Origin: Candidatus Kaiserbacteria bacterium
GTDB taxonomy: Bacteria > Patescibacteriota > Minisyncoccia > Phycocordibacterales > UBA2100
Reading direction: 5' to 3'
Length of the DNA: 64,000 bases
Assembly (NCBI GenBank): GCA_028286865.1
Contig: JAQBQU010000007.1
Location: forward strand, 5,888 to 69,887
Of this stretch, positions 37,341-44,546 are shown piece after piece. A model generated the notes under the pieces. The model was not told where the DNA came from. It saw only the letters and a program-made list of their open reading frames with translations, and did not search any database. How positions within the stretch are numbered: position 1 is the first letter of the stretch; every line of letters starts with the position of its first letter. A program made the translations under genes and the position numbers.

Positions 37341-38606
37341 ATGAAAGATACTGACCTGAGGGTACTGACGGTCGACGGCGGTGCCCGTGGACATGGGCTC
37401 CACTGTTCGATCCGGAAGAGTCCACGTGTTTCGCGCGCATTCTGCACTCCCGGCAACGGCGGCATTCCGGACCCTGATCGTCGCTCAGTGAAAGACACCG
37501 ATATCGACGGCATTGTCCGGCTTGCACAAGACCTGCAGATCGACCTCGTCGTCGTAGGTCCTGAGGCTCCGCTGGTGGCAGGGATCGTCAATCGGCTGCG
37601 GGCCGTCGGCATAGCGGCGTTCGGGCCCACGGCAGACGCTGCGGTACTTGAAGGCAGCAAGATCTTCACGAAGGCCTTCTGTCGGCGGCATAAGATCCCG
37701 ACTGCTGCGTTCCGCATCATCCGGAACTTCGAGCAGGCCGAAACGGCCATCAAGGAAAGCGGATTCCTCGTCGTCAAAGCCGACGGACTCTGCGCTGGCA
37801 AGGGCGTCACTGTCGCAAAAACCGAGGCGGGAGCGATCGAGGCGGCGCGCGCACTGCTCGTCGATAACATTCACGGCCCCGCCGGCTCGAGCATTCTCAT
37901 CGAAGAGTGTCTTACGGGTCGCGAATGTTCGATCATGGCATTCTGTGACGGACACAATGCGGTCCTCCTGCCGCCGGCCCGTGATTTCAAGCGTGCCGAG
38001 GAAGGCGACCGTGGACCGAATACCGGCGGTATGGGCTGCTATGCGCCCTTGCCGGACGTCGACGATGCACTGCTCGCTCGCATCAAGGACGAGATCATCA
38101 TGCCGACACTGCGCGGCATGGCTGAAGCAGGAACTCCGTATCATGGACTTCTGTACGCCGGCATCATGCTGACCAAGCAGGGGCCCATGCTCATCGAGTA
38201 CAACGCACGGTTCGGCGACCCGGAAACACAGACAGTCTTGCCGCTGATCGAATCCGACATAGTCGAATACATGCTCGGCACTTTGGAACTGTCGGGGCTT
38301 ACGAAGCTGCCGCCGCTGAAGCTGAAGCCGCTCGTGGCGGTCTGCACGGTACTGGCGTCAAACGGTTATCCCGGGAAGTACGAGACCGGGTTCCCCATCA
38401 CCGGCATCGAAGAGACGTCGTCGATGAAGTTCTTTCATGCGGGGACGGTTCGTTCACCGGCCCTCGTGACCTCCGGCGGGCGCGTACTGAGTTGTGTCGG
38501 ACTCGGCGAGAACTTCTCGATTGCCCGTGAACGGTCCCAACGTGGCGCCGACTTCGCCACCTTCTCGAACAAGTTCTATCGCAGCGACATCGCCGCGAAC
38601 GCGTAA
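37341..38606 (+). CDS. purD: Phosphoribosylamine-glycine ligase
   Basis: ATP-grasp PurD pattern (VVGPEAPLVAGI, VKADGLCAGKGV, GPNTGGMGCYAP, IEYNARFGDPETQ, SGGRVL). Start at ATG 37341, 9 nt after AAGGA. Confidence 0.92.
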   Translation: MKDTDLRVLTVDGGARGHGLHCSIRKSPRVSRAFCTPGNGGIPDPDRRSVKDTDIDGIVRLAQDLQIDLVVVGPEAPLVAGIVNRLRAVGIAAFGPTADAAVLEGSKIFTKAFCRRHKIPTAAFRIIRNFEQAETAIKESGFLVVKADGLCAGKGVTVAKTEAGAIEAARALLVDNIHGPAGSSILIEECLTGRECSIMAFCDGHNAVLLPPARDFKRAEEGDRGPNTGGMGCYAPLPDVDDALLARIKDEIIMPTLRGMAEAGTPYHGLLYAGIMLTKQGPMLIEYNARFGDPETQTVLPLIESDIVEYMLGTLELSGLTKLPPLKLKPLVAVCTVLASNGYPGKYETGFPITGIEETSSMKFFHAGTVRSPALVTSGGRVLSCVGLGENFSIARERSQRGADFATFSNKFYRSDIAANA

Positions 38607-38629
38607 TAGAAGATGTTCTCGTACGACTT

Positions 38630-38664
38630 AGTCCCGGCTCTTCTCGGCCGGGACTTTCTTTTTT
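38630..38664 (+). terminator. Intrinsic terminator after purD
   Basis: agtcccggc-tcttctc-gccgggact followed by a T-run. Confidence 0.8.
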
Positions 38665-38682
38665 GGCGGAGGGGGTGAGATT

Positions 38683-38770
38683 CGGTCAGGAATATCTCTT
38701 CGGCCGTCGCCGAAGAGATTTCACGACCCTGGCTCGCGAATCGCTTCTACTGAAGCGATGACGCTCCGCC
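38683..38770 (+). repeat. Mosaic hairpin repeat, copy D
   Basis: cggtcaggaata-tctcttcgg-ccgtcg-ccgaagaga-tttcacgaccctggctcgcg-aatcgcttc-tac-tgaagcgatg-acgctccgcc. Confidence 0.85.
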
Positions 38771-38821
38771 TTTCGAATCTCACACGAAGCATGCACCGCA
38801 TACTTCTCCCCTCCGCCTATG

Positions 38822-38848
38822 AAAAAGGCGCCTTACGGCGCTTTTTCT
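38822..38848 (-). terminator. Bidirectional hairpin terminator downstream of tRNA-Ser
   Basis: aaaaaggcgcc-ttac-ggcgcttttt. Confidence 0.75.
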
Positions 38849-38853
38849 ATCGG

Positions 38854-38940
38854 CGGAGGGGGTGAGATTCGAACTCACGGTCCCGTTTCCGAGACGACAG
38901 TTTTCAAGACTGTTCCATTAGACCACTCTGGCACCCCTCC
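38854..38940 (-). tRNA. tRNA-Ser (TGA)
   Basis: Manual fold: acceptor GGAGGGG/CCCCTCC, anticodon stem-loop ACAGT-CTTGAAA-ACTGT, long variable arm, T-loop GAGTTCGAATCTC. Confidence 0.9.
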
Positions 38941-39027
38941 CTATGTACTTCTGTACCACTGTTGTACCACGGCGCGCATTCTTTCGCATGTCTCGATTTA
39001 TCTCGGTGATACAATGTGTGAAAAGAT

Positions 39028-39501
39028 ATGCCCGAAAAAAATATCTCTTTGCGCTGGACCGCATACGAGCACGAGCATATCGAGCGCGGCTCGGATTGGT
39101 TCTGGGCGCTCGGCATCGTCGCGGTATCACTTGCGATCGTGAGCATTCTCTTCCACGATACGCTCTTTGCGCTCGTGGTCCTCGTGGGCGCATTCGCCCT
39201 CGGACTTCTCGCCAACACGCCGCCGGACATCGCACACTTCGAGCTCTCGGATAAGGGCATCCGCGTCAACGACCAGCTCCATCGCTACAGCGAGATCATC
39301 TCGTTCTGGGTGGAAGACGAGCACAACGAACATCGACCGCTCCTGCTCGTCGATACCACCAAGGTGATGGCTCCAAATCTCATCATTCCGATCGAGCACA
39401 TCGACCCGGCGGTAGTGCGCGCATACCTGCAGGAGCGAAGCGAAGAGGTCCATATGAAAGAACCCTTCGCCCACAAGATCCTCGAATTCTTCGGCCTCTA
39501 A
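39028..39501 (+). CDS. Hypothetical two-TM membrane protein
   Basis: 157 aa; two adjacent TM helices, then a soluble domain; no family recognised. Confidence 0.55.
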   Translation: MPEKNISLRWTAYEHEHIERGSDWFWALGIVAVSLAIVSILFHDTLFALVVLVGAFALGLLANTPPDIAHFELSDKGIRVNDQLHRYSEIISFWVEDEHNEHRPLLLVDTTKVMAPNLIIPIEHIDPAVVRAYLQERSEEVHMKEPFAHKILEFFGL

Positions 39502-39504
39502 AAA

Positions 39505-41880
39505 TTACTGAGTGATGGTGAACACATCGGGAGTGTACGCCTGCCCGTTATATACCGGACTCGACAGACTGCCCGTATACAGATCCGCTTCAATGCCATA
39601 CGTCCTGCCCGGAACGAGGTCGGTACCGCATACAGTGTCGGAAGTCACATCGCAGGTGTCGGTAGCGCCGGGCAATGTCCATGCATACGAGCCGCTTGCG
39701 GCCAGTTCAGCACTGATCAATCCGGTGACAGAGCCCAGGTGTACGTCATAAAGCCAGAGTGACATTTTTGAGCCGCTCGGAGTGCCGGTGGCGGTCCACT
39801 GGATCGTGTTGACTGCCCCACGCGCGATCGACTTACCGTCAGACGATGAGGTCACGGTCAGGCCCCCGCCGGTGCCGGCCCCCGCACCGCCGACAGTGAT
39901 CGTCGTCGTCGCATCACGAGTCCCGCCCCCGAGCGTGACGCAGTGGAGCAGGATGTCGGTCGTTTGTGTGACCGGCGAGGTCGTCGCCATACCGTTGACG
40001 CTCTTGTTCGCGGCATTCGCTGCCGTGAAGTCCGCTTGCTGCGGGCTCGATACCACGCAGGAGCTCATGCCGCTCGTTACCCAGCCCACGGTCGAGAGTG
40101 TACTGGTCGCAACTACTTTCGGATTGGCAAGAAGCACGATCGAGGGTTTCGATATCTGTACCGAGCATGATGCTTGGCCGGTGAGGTTCTGATTCGTGCA
40201 CGTGAGGCCGAACGTCGCGGTATTCGAACCGGCCGGAGGTGCCGCGATCACGGTCGTCGTCGAGCCGGAGGTGGCACCGAGTGTTGCAAATCCGCTGCCC
40301 GAGCTTCCGGTCGCATTCGTGCATCCGTACGAAAGTGAGACCGACATGCCCACATCAGCCACCTGCGGCTGGCACGAGAGCTGTGCGGTCGGAGTGACCG
40401 CGGTCGTTCCATCCGGTGCGCACTGCCATCCGGTGGTACACGCAGCGCCATTGGATTGATTCGTAGTGACGGGCTTGATCGTATAGCCGGCACCGCATCC
40501 CGTCGCAGGCTGCGGAGGTGCGGCGGCGCAGGTGTTGGACGTCGCACCCGGAGTACACGCCACCGGAGCGATAGGAGGCGTCGGCTGTGAGACCGGAACA
40601 TAGCCGTTCACTTGGTACTGATACTGCATCTGCTGCTGTTGATACTGGTACTGCTGCATCTGGTATTGATACTGCTGCAACTGCGACTGATATTGCTGCT
40701 GCTGCGCGGCGTAGGCGCTCGGATCCGAAGGGCACGCGGCGCCGGTTGCAGGAGTTCCCGCCCCCGTGAGGCCCTTGGCTAGCCCGCCAAGAAACCCTTG
40801 GAGCGCTTTTCCAATGTCACCAAGTCCGCCCCCGGTATTTGGTTTTTCCGGAGTTTGAGGTGCCGGAGTTCCGCCGCTCGGTGGCGTGAAGGTGGATTTC
40901 GGTATCTCTTTCCCGTTGGGATCTACGCAGGTTCCGCTCTTAGCGCACACGGATGCGACACCCGGCTGATCTCCTCCCGGATCAATGCCGCCTGGGTTTT
41001 GTGAAATGTCCTGTTTAATATTCGCGGCAAAATCTGTCTTTTGTTTTTCGAGCGCAGCAAGTTGTTGTTGTTGTTTTTCAAGATCCTGCTGAGCCGCCCG
41101 CGTTTCATTGATGCGACTGGAATCGTCCGATGCTTGCAGTTCGTTCAACTTCGCTTGAGCAGAGTCCACCTGAGCCTTCTGCGCTGCTATTTGCGGATCA
41201 ATCTGGCTGGCAAACGCCTCATTAAGAGAAGCCTGGGTTTGAGCATCAGCCGCGCCGAGACTCACAGTGCCCTTTAGCAGGTCTGGACTGAGCGTTGATA
41301 CGGTCTGAGATTCAGTGGCCCACGTCTGAATGCTTTGGCCTCCAGTTTTATTTTGTACCGGACCGCACTTCCCTGCCGAATCACAGAACGTGGTCTTACA
41401 AACTCCCTCCTCTGAGTTGGTATCTCCCGGCGTAGACTGAATGTCACCCTGACCCTTGGCATTCATTGTCACTTTTGTCACCTCTCCGACACATTTATAA
41501 GATTCAGGGGCTGTGCGCGGATCAGTATTAGGACTTTTAGCTTTCACTGCATTGCCTAATGCCTCATCGTAGATCGCTGCGATACATTTATTATTTTCTG
41601 TCACGTTCGCCGTGAATGGCTGATTGAGTGCCGGCGGCTGACCATATGCAGCGGCAGCATCTTTCTTTGCTTTTGTACATTGAGCGGTCACCTCATTTGC
41701 ACTGGATCCGGCAGCTGCAGGGCGTGCGGTTGGTAGTGGTGTTGATGCTTGAGCAGATTGCGAACTCGGATTCGTATTCGGCAGAAGGATCTGGGTGAAA
41801 ACGAGAAGGATACTGAGAATGCCCACTAATGTGAGTGCGGCCACTATAGAAGAGCCGCGACTGAGTGAGCGCTTGAACAT
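39505..41880 (-). CDS. Large secreted/anchored protein: coiled-coil, Gln/Tyr-rich tract, C-terminal Cys-bracketed Ig-like modules
   Basis: 791 aa from ATG 41880 (MFKRSLSRGSSIVAALTLVGILSILLV signal anchor). The track ORF's 61-codon N-terminal extension reaches 42063 (14 nt short of tRNA-Arg) and precedes the signal anchor, so it is unlikely to be real. Confidence 0.7.
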   Translation of the reverse strand: MFKRSLSRGSSIVAALTLVGILSILLVFTQILLPNTNPSSQSAQASTPLPTARPAAAGSSANEVTAQCTKAKKDAAAAYGQPPALNQPFTANVTENNKCIAAIYDEALGNAVKAKSPNTDPRTAPESYKCVGEVTKVTMNAKGQGDIQSTPGDTNSEEGVCKTTFCDSAGKCGPVQNKTGGQSIQTWATESQTVSTLSPDLLKGTVSLGAADAQTQASLNEAFASQIDPQIAAQKAQVDSAQAKLNELQASDDSSRINETRAAQQDLEKQQQQLAALEKQKTDFAANIKQDISQNPGGIDPGGDQPGVASVCAKSGTCVDPNGKEIPKSTFTPPSGGTPAPQTPEKPNTGGGLGDIGKALQGFLGGLAKGLTGAGTPATGAACPSDPSAYAAQQQQYQSQLQQYQYQMQQYQYQQQQMQYQYQVNGYVPVSQPTPPIAPVACTPGATSNTCAAAPPQPATGCGAGYTIKPVTTNQSNGAACTTGWQCAPDGTTAVTPTAQLSCQPQVADVGMSVSLSYGCTNATGSSGSGFATLGATSGSTTTVIAAPPAGSNTATFGLTCTNQNLTGQASCSVQISKPSIVLLANPKVVATSTLSTVGWVTSGMSSCVVSSPQQADFTAANAANKSVNGMATTSPVTQTTDILLHCVTLGGGTRDATTTITVGGAGAGTGGGLTVTSSSDGKSIARGAVNTIQWTATGTPSGSKMSLWLYDVHLGSVTGLISAELAASGSYAWTLPGATDTCDVTSDTVCGTDLVPGRTYGIEADLYTGSLSSPVYNGQAYTPDVFTITQ

Positions 41881-42076
41881 GCCTGAATCATGCGCCCCAA
41901 TAGAGACATGCGCAATGCATAAATGGCGCCACATGTGGAAAAAAGCGAAATAAATGCTACATTTCTGGCAACGGTCCGATTGCCATGCTTTCGAGAACGT
42001 GAACGCTCCCGTAAGCAAAGCTTTCGGAAACGTCATTCGGGTGGAATGAAAGTAAACTTTCATCCCTCCCTCAATA

Positions 42077-42151
42077 GCTCCCGTCGTTCAACGGATAGGA
42101 TGCATCCTTGCGGAGGATGTGATGTAGGTTCGATTCCTGCCGGGAGCACCA
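42077..42151 (+). tRNA. tRNA-Arg (GCG), CCA encoded
   Basis: Manual fold: acceptor GCTCCCG/CGGGAGC, perfect anticodon stem CATCC/GGATG, loop TTGCGGA, T-loop GGTTCGATTCC. Confidence 0.85.
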
Positions 42152-42155
42152 AAGG

Positions 42156-42190
42156 CACAAACACCCACCCTTCGGTGGGTTTTGTGTTTT
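42156..42190 (+). terminator. Intrinsic terminator after tRNA-Arg(GCG)
   Basis: cacaaa(c)acccacc-cttc-ggtgggttttgtg followed by TTTT. Confidence 0.75.
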
Positions 42191-42197
42191 GGTGCTG

Positions 42198-42281
42198 GGC
42201 GCAGCGATGTTTTGCGAGTACGCAAAACCGCGAGCCGGGGTCGCGAGGCATTTGCGCGACGGCGCAAATGAACTTGTGACC
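42198..42281 (-). repeat. Mosaic hairpin repeat, copy E (inverted orientation)
   Basis: Reverse complement reads ggtcacaagtt-catttgcg-ccgtcg-cgcaaatg-cctcgcgaccccggctcgcg-gttttgcg-tact-cgcaaaac-atcgctgcgcc. An extra ggtcacgaata lies at 42297-42307. Confidence 0.85.
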
Positions 42282-42307
42282 GCAAAAGCTCCCCCGTATT
42301 CGTGACC

Positions 42308-42337
42308 GCAAAAAGCCCCGATACGGGGCTTTTTGCA
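42308..42337 (-). terminator. Bidirectional terminator after the 725-aa gene
   Basis: aaaaagccccg-ata-cggggcttttt. Confidence 0.8.
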
Positions 42338-42363
42338 TGAGCAAGCTTATTTCGTCAGCGCTA

Positions 42364-44541
42364 TTACTGCGTTTCTACTTCGCAGATGGCCATTTGCAAG
42401 GGCGCCAACGTCTTGGTGGTACCGATCCATATATTGTTTGCACCTTTGGTCATCGTACATGAATTCGATACTGTCCCTGATTCGTCGTACGAGGTAAAAG
42501 TATACGAAGCACCAGCACTGGGCTTGATCCACAAACCCAACTCCGATTTAAAGGTTACGGATCGTGCGACAGTGTCATTATTGAGGACGAATATAAGCAG
42601 TTTCTTCACGCTCCCCGTCTGGAGTTGATAGGCCTTGATGAATACCTTTTGATATTCAAATGGTCCGAGATCGAAGATTGATCCTCCTATCCAGCTTGTC
42701 TTGGATGTCCTTATGAAAGGAGTGACCGGCTCAGAGAGCACCGATTCGCCGATAAATGTGCCGTTACTGAAGTAGTCATCAAACTCCTTGTGCAGCGATG
42801 AGAGTTGTTTAAGCGTCTTCGACATAACCGGATTTTCAGACACCAAGGCAGACCCGTTTGACTTATTGGGTTTTGACAGCATGACATTCATGTACAAGCC
42901 GTCGATGAAAGCCATTTTCGCGACGCGCGGGGAGCTCACGTCGGCGTTGATCCGGGGGTAGCGGACCGCGTTTAGGAATGGGCCGGCTTCGATGTAGTCA
43001 TTCCACGCCCATGTGTAATCGAGCACGGCCGCGGCCCGTTCGAGATTCATGACCGGCTCTCCGGAGATGGTCGCTTGAGCGTAGTTCGGTACGGGTTTCT
43101 TATTTCGCAGTTGTTGCATGGTCGATACAAGGCCGCCGCTCATGAAGCCTGCGTCTTGGAATTCATCCATGGTAAATGAAGGAGCGCCTTTGTTAGCCCA
43201 CGTGAGCATCGAGTTGATGATGGCGGTCCTGTTGGGAAATTGGTCCTCAAAGAGCACCGGTGACTGAGAGGTCGGGTACGTTTCGGAAATGATCAGCGGC
43301 GACCCCATGGCGGGTAGCAGCTCCGAGTGGTAGGTCCAGAATGTGGAAGCAGAAGTCGGATCATACGCATAGGGCGCAGCTGCTGATACGGGCGGCCTGG
43401 CTCCAGGAACCGGCGGAGGTGTCGCCGGCACGCAGGCCGACTCCGTGCACGGGGTACCAATGTCCAGGGAGAAGCTTGCAAAAGCTGAGACGTTGACGCC
43501 TATGCTGCGAGCTTTTTGTACTCCGGCAAGAAACTGGGCTTCCGTCCCGGCGCGTGGATCGAGCACGATCGGCAGGTGACCAACGATGTTCGAGCCAAAC
43601 AGTACGAGCTCATCGAGCCCGTTGGCTTTTGCGTCCTGGGCGATACGGCCAATATCGGAAAAAGTAAAATTAGGTTTGGGCGCCCATGATGATTCAAGGC
43701 CTTCCACCATCCAGACGGTTTGAAATCCGAGGCCATGTACCACATGCGAAGGCACCGGCGTCTGACGTCCTAATGCGCCCACCTGCATCTTGCGGACAAA
43801 CTGCGCAAATGGCTCGATACCCTTTGCCCAGCCGCCACGATGGAAGGTGAAAACAAAGTCATCGCTCTGCCACTTTTCTCCCGGCTTCAGTGTGATGTTG
43901 TTCTGCCATGCTATCCGTACTACATTTTGTCCGGCTGCGCGCGATACCACGAGCGGCGCATGCAGTATCGGCGAGCCATTGAACATATCTTCGTCTCCCC
44001 ATTTCTTTTGATAGATACTGATGCCGCCCTGGTATCCCCCGAAGTCGATCCACCGGAGGGCATACCGTTCGTAAATGTCGGTGCCGCCATACACTTGCGA
44101 AAACGGCGCCCCTGCAAACGGATTGATGACACCGAGTGCCGTACGAAGCTCTGTTTGATCACCTGAGATCGGTTGCATGCCCTGCAAGTCGGGAAAGTAG
44201 ACCGGCCCGATGTCGGATCCGCTCACGTTTTCCACCGATGCGTTAAGACACACAGACTTTCTATCAGCAGTGTCTGTAACACCAGTGTCGCAGGTCGACC
44301 AGGTGACCTTGAGTCCGTTGGGTTGTGAGTTCGAGTTTATTAGAAAGGACGAGTCCGGAGTGACCAACGAGTGTCCGAGCTCCTCGATCTGGCCGGTTGC
44401 ATCGTCGGCCTTGAAATAGAGGCCGTTGATATTTTCGGTAGCGGCCGAGGCGATCATCGGCACCGCGAGCTGAAGTATGGCCGCCAATAACAAGAGCCGA
44501 TACTGCGCTGCTGGTTTGCTGAGAAGAGTAGTGGGATTCAT
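42364..44541 (-). CDS. Secreted hypothetical protein (N-terminal beta-rich domain plus possible TIM-barrel-like region)
   Basis: 725 aa; signal peptide (LLLLAAILQLAVPMIASA). The N-terminal part is paralogous to the C-terminal part of the upstream 602-aa protein. Confidence 0.65.
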   Translation of the reverse strand: MNPTTLLSKPAAQYRLLLLAAILQLAVPMIASAATENINGLYFKADDATGQIEELGHSLVTPDSSFLINSNSQPNGLKVTWSTCDTGVTDTADRKSVCLNASVENVSGSDIGPVYFPDLQGMQPISGDQTELRTALGVINPFAGAPFSQVYGGTDIYERYALRWIDFGGYQGGISIYQKKWGDEDMFNGSPILHAPLVVSRAAGQNVVRIAWQNNITLKPGEKWQSDDFVFTFHRGGWAKGIEPFAQFVRKMQVGALGRQTPVPSHVVHGLGFQTVWMVEGLESSWAPKPNFTFSDIGRIAQDAKANGLDELVLFGSNIVGHLPIVLDPRAGTEAQFLAGVQKARSIGVNVSAFASFSLDIGTPCTESACVPATPPPVPGARPPVSAAAPYAYDPTSASTFWTYHSELLPAMGSPLIISETYPTSQSPVLFEDQFPNRTAIINSMLTWANKGAPSFTMDEFQDAGFMSGGLVSTMQQLRNKKPVPNYAQATISGEPVMNLERAAAVLDYTWAWNDYIEAGPFLNAVRYPRINADVSSPRVAKMAFIDGLYMNVMLSKPNKSNGSALVSENPVMSKTLKQLSSLHKEFDDYFSNGTFIGESVLSEPVTPFIRTSKTSWIGGSIFDLGPFEYQKVFIKAYQLQTGSVKKLLIFVLNNDTVARSVTFKSELGLWIKPSAGASYTFTSYDESGTVSNSCTMTKGANNIWIGTTKTLAPLQMAICEVETQ

Positions 44542-44546
44542 AAGAA

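Noticed and set aside
38665-38817. tmRNA, an intron-containing tRNA, or a tRNA pseudogene
   Set aside because: Only acceptor and T-arm-like fragments of tRNA-Ser are present. There is no D arm or anticodon arm, no tag-peptide reading frame, and at ~150 nt it is far shorter than a tmRNA. The core is a copy of the dispersed hairpin repeat. It is kept as a finding in that form.
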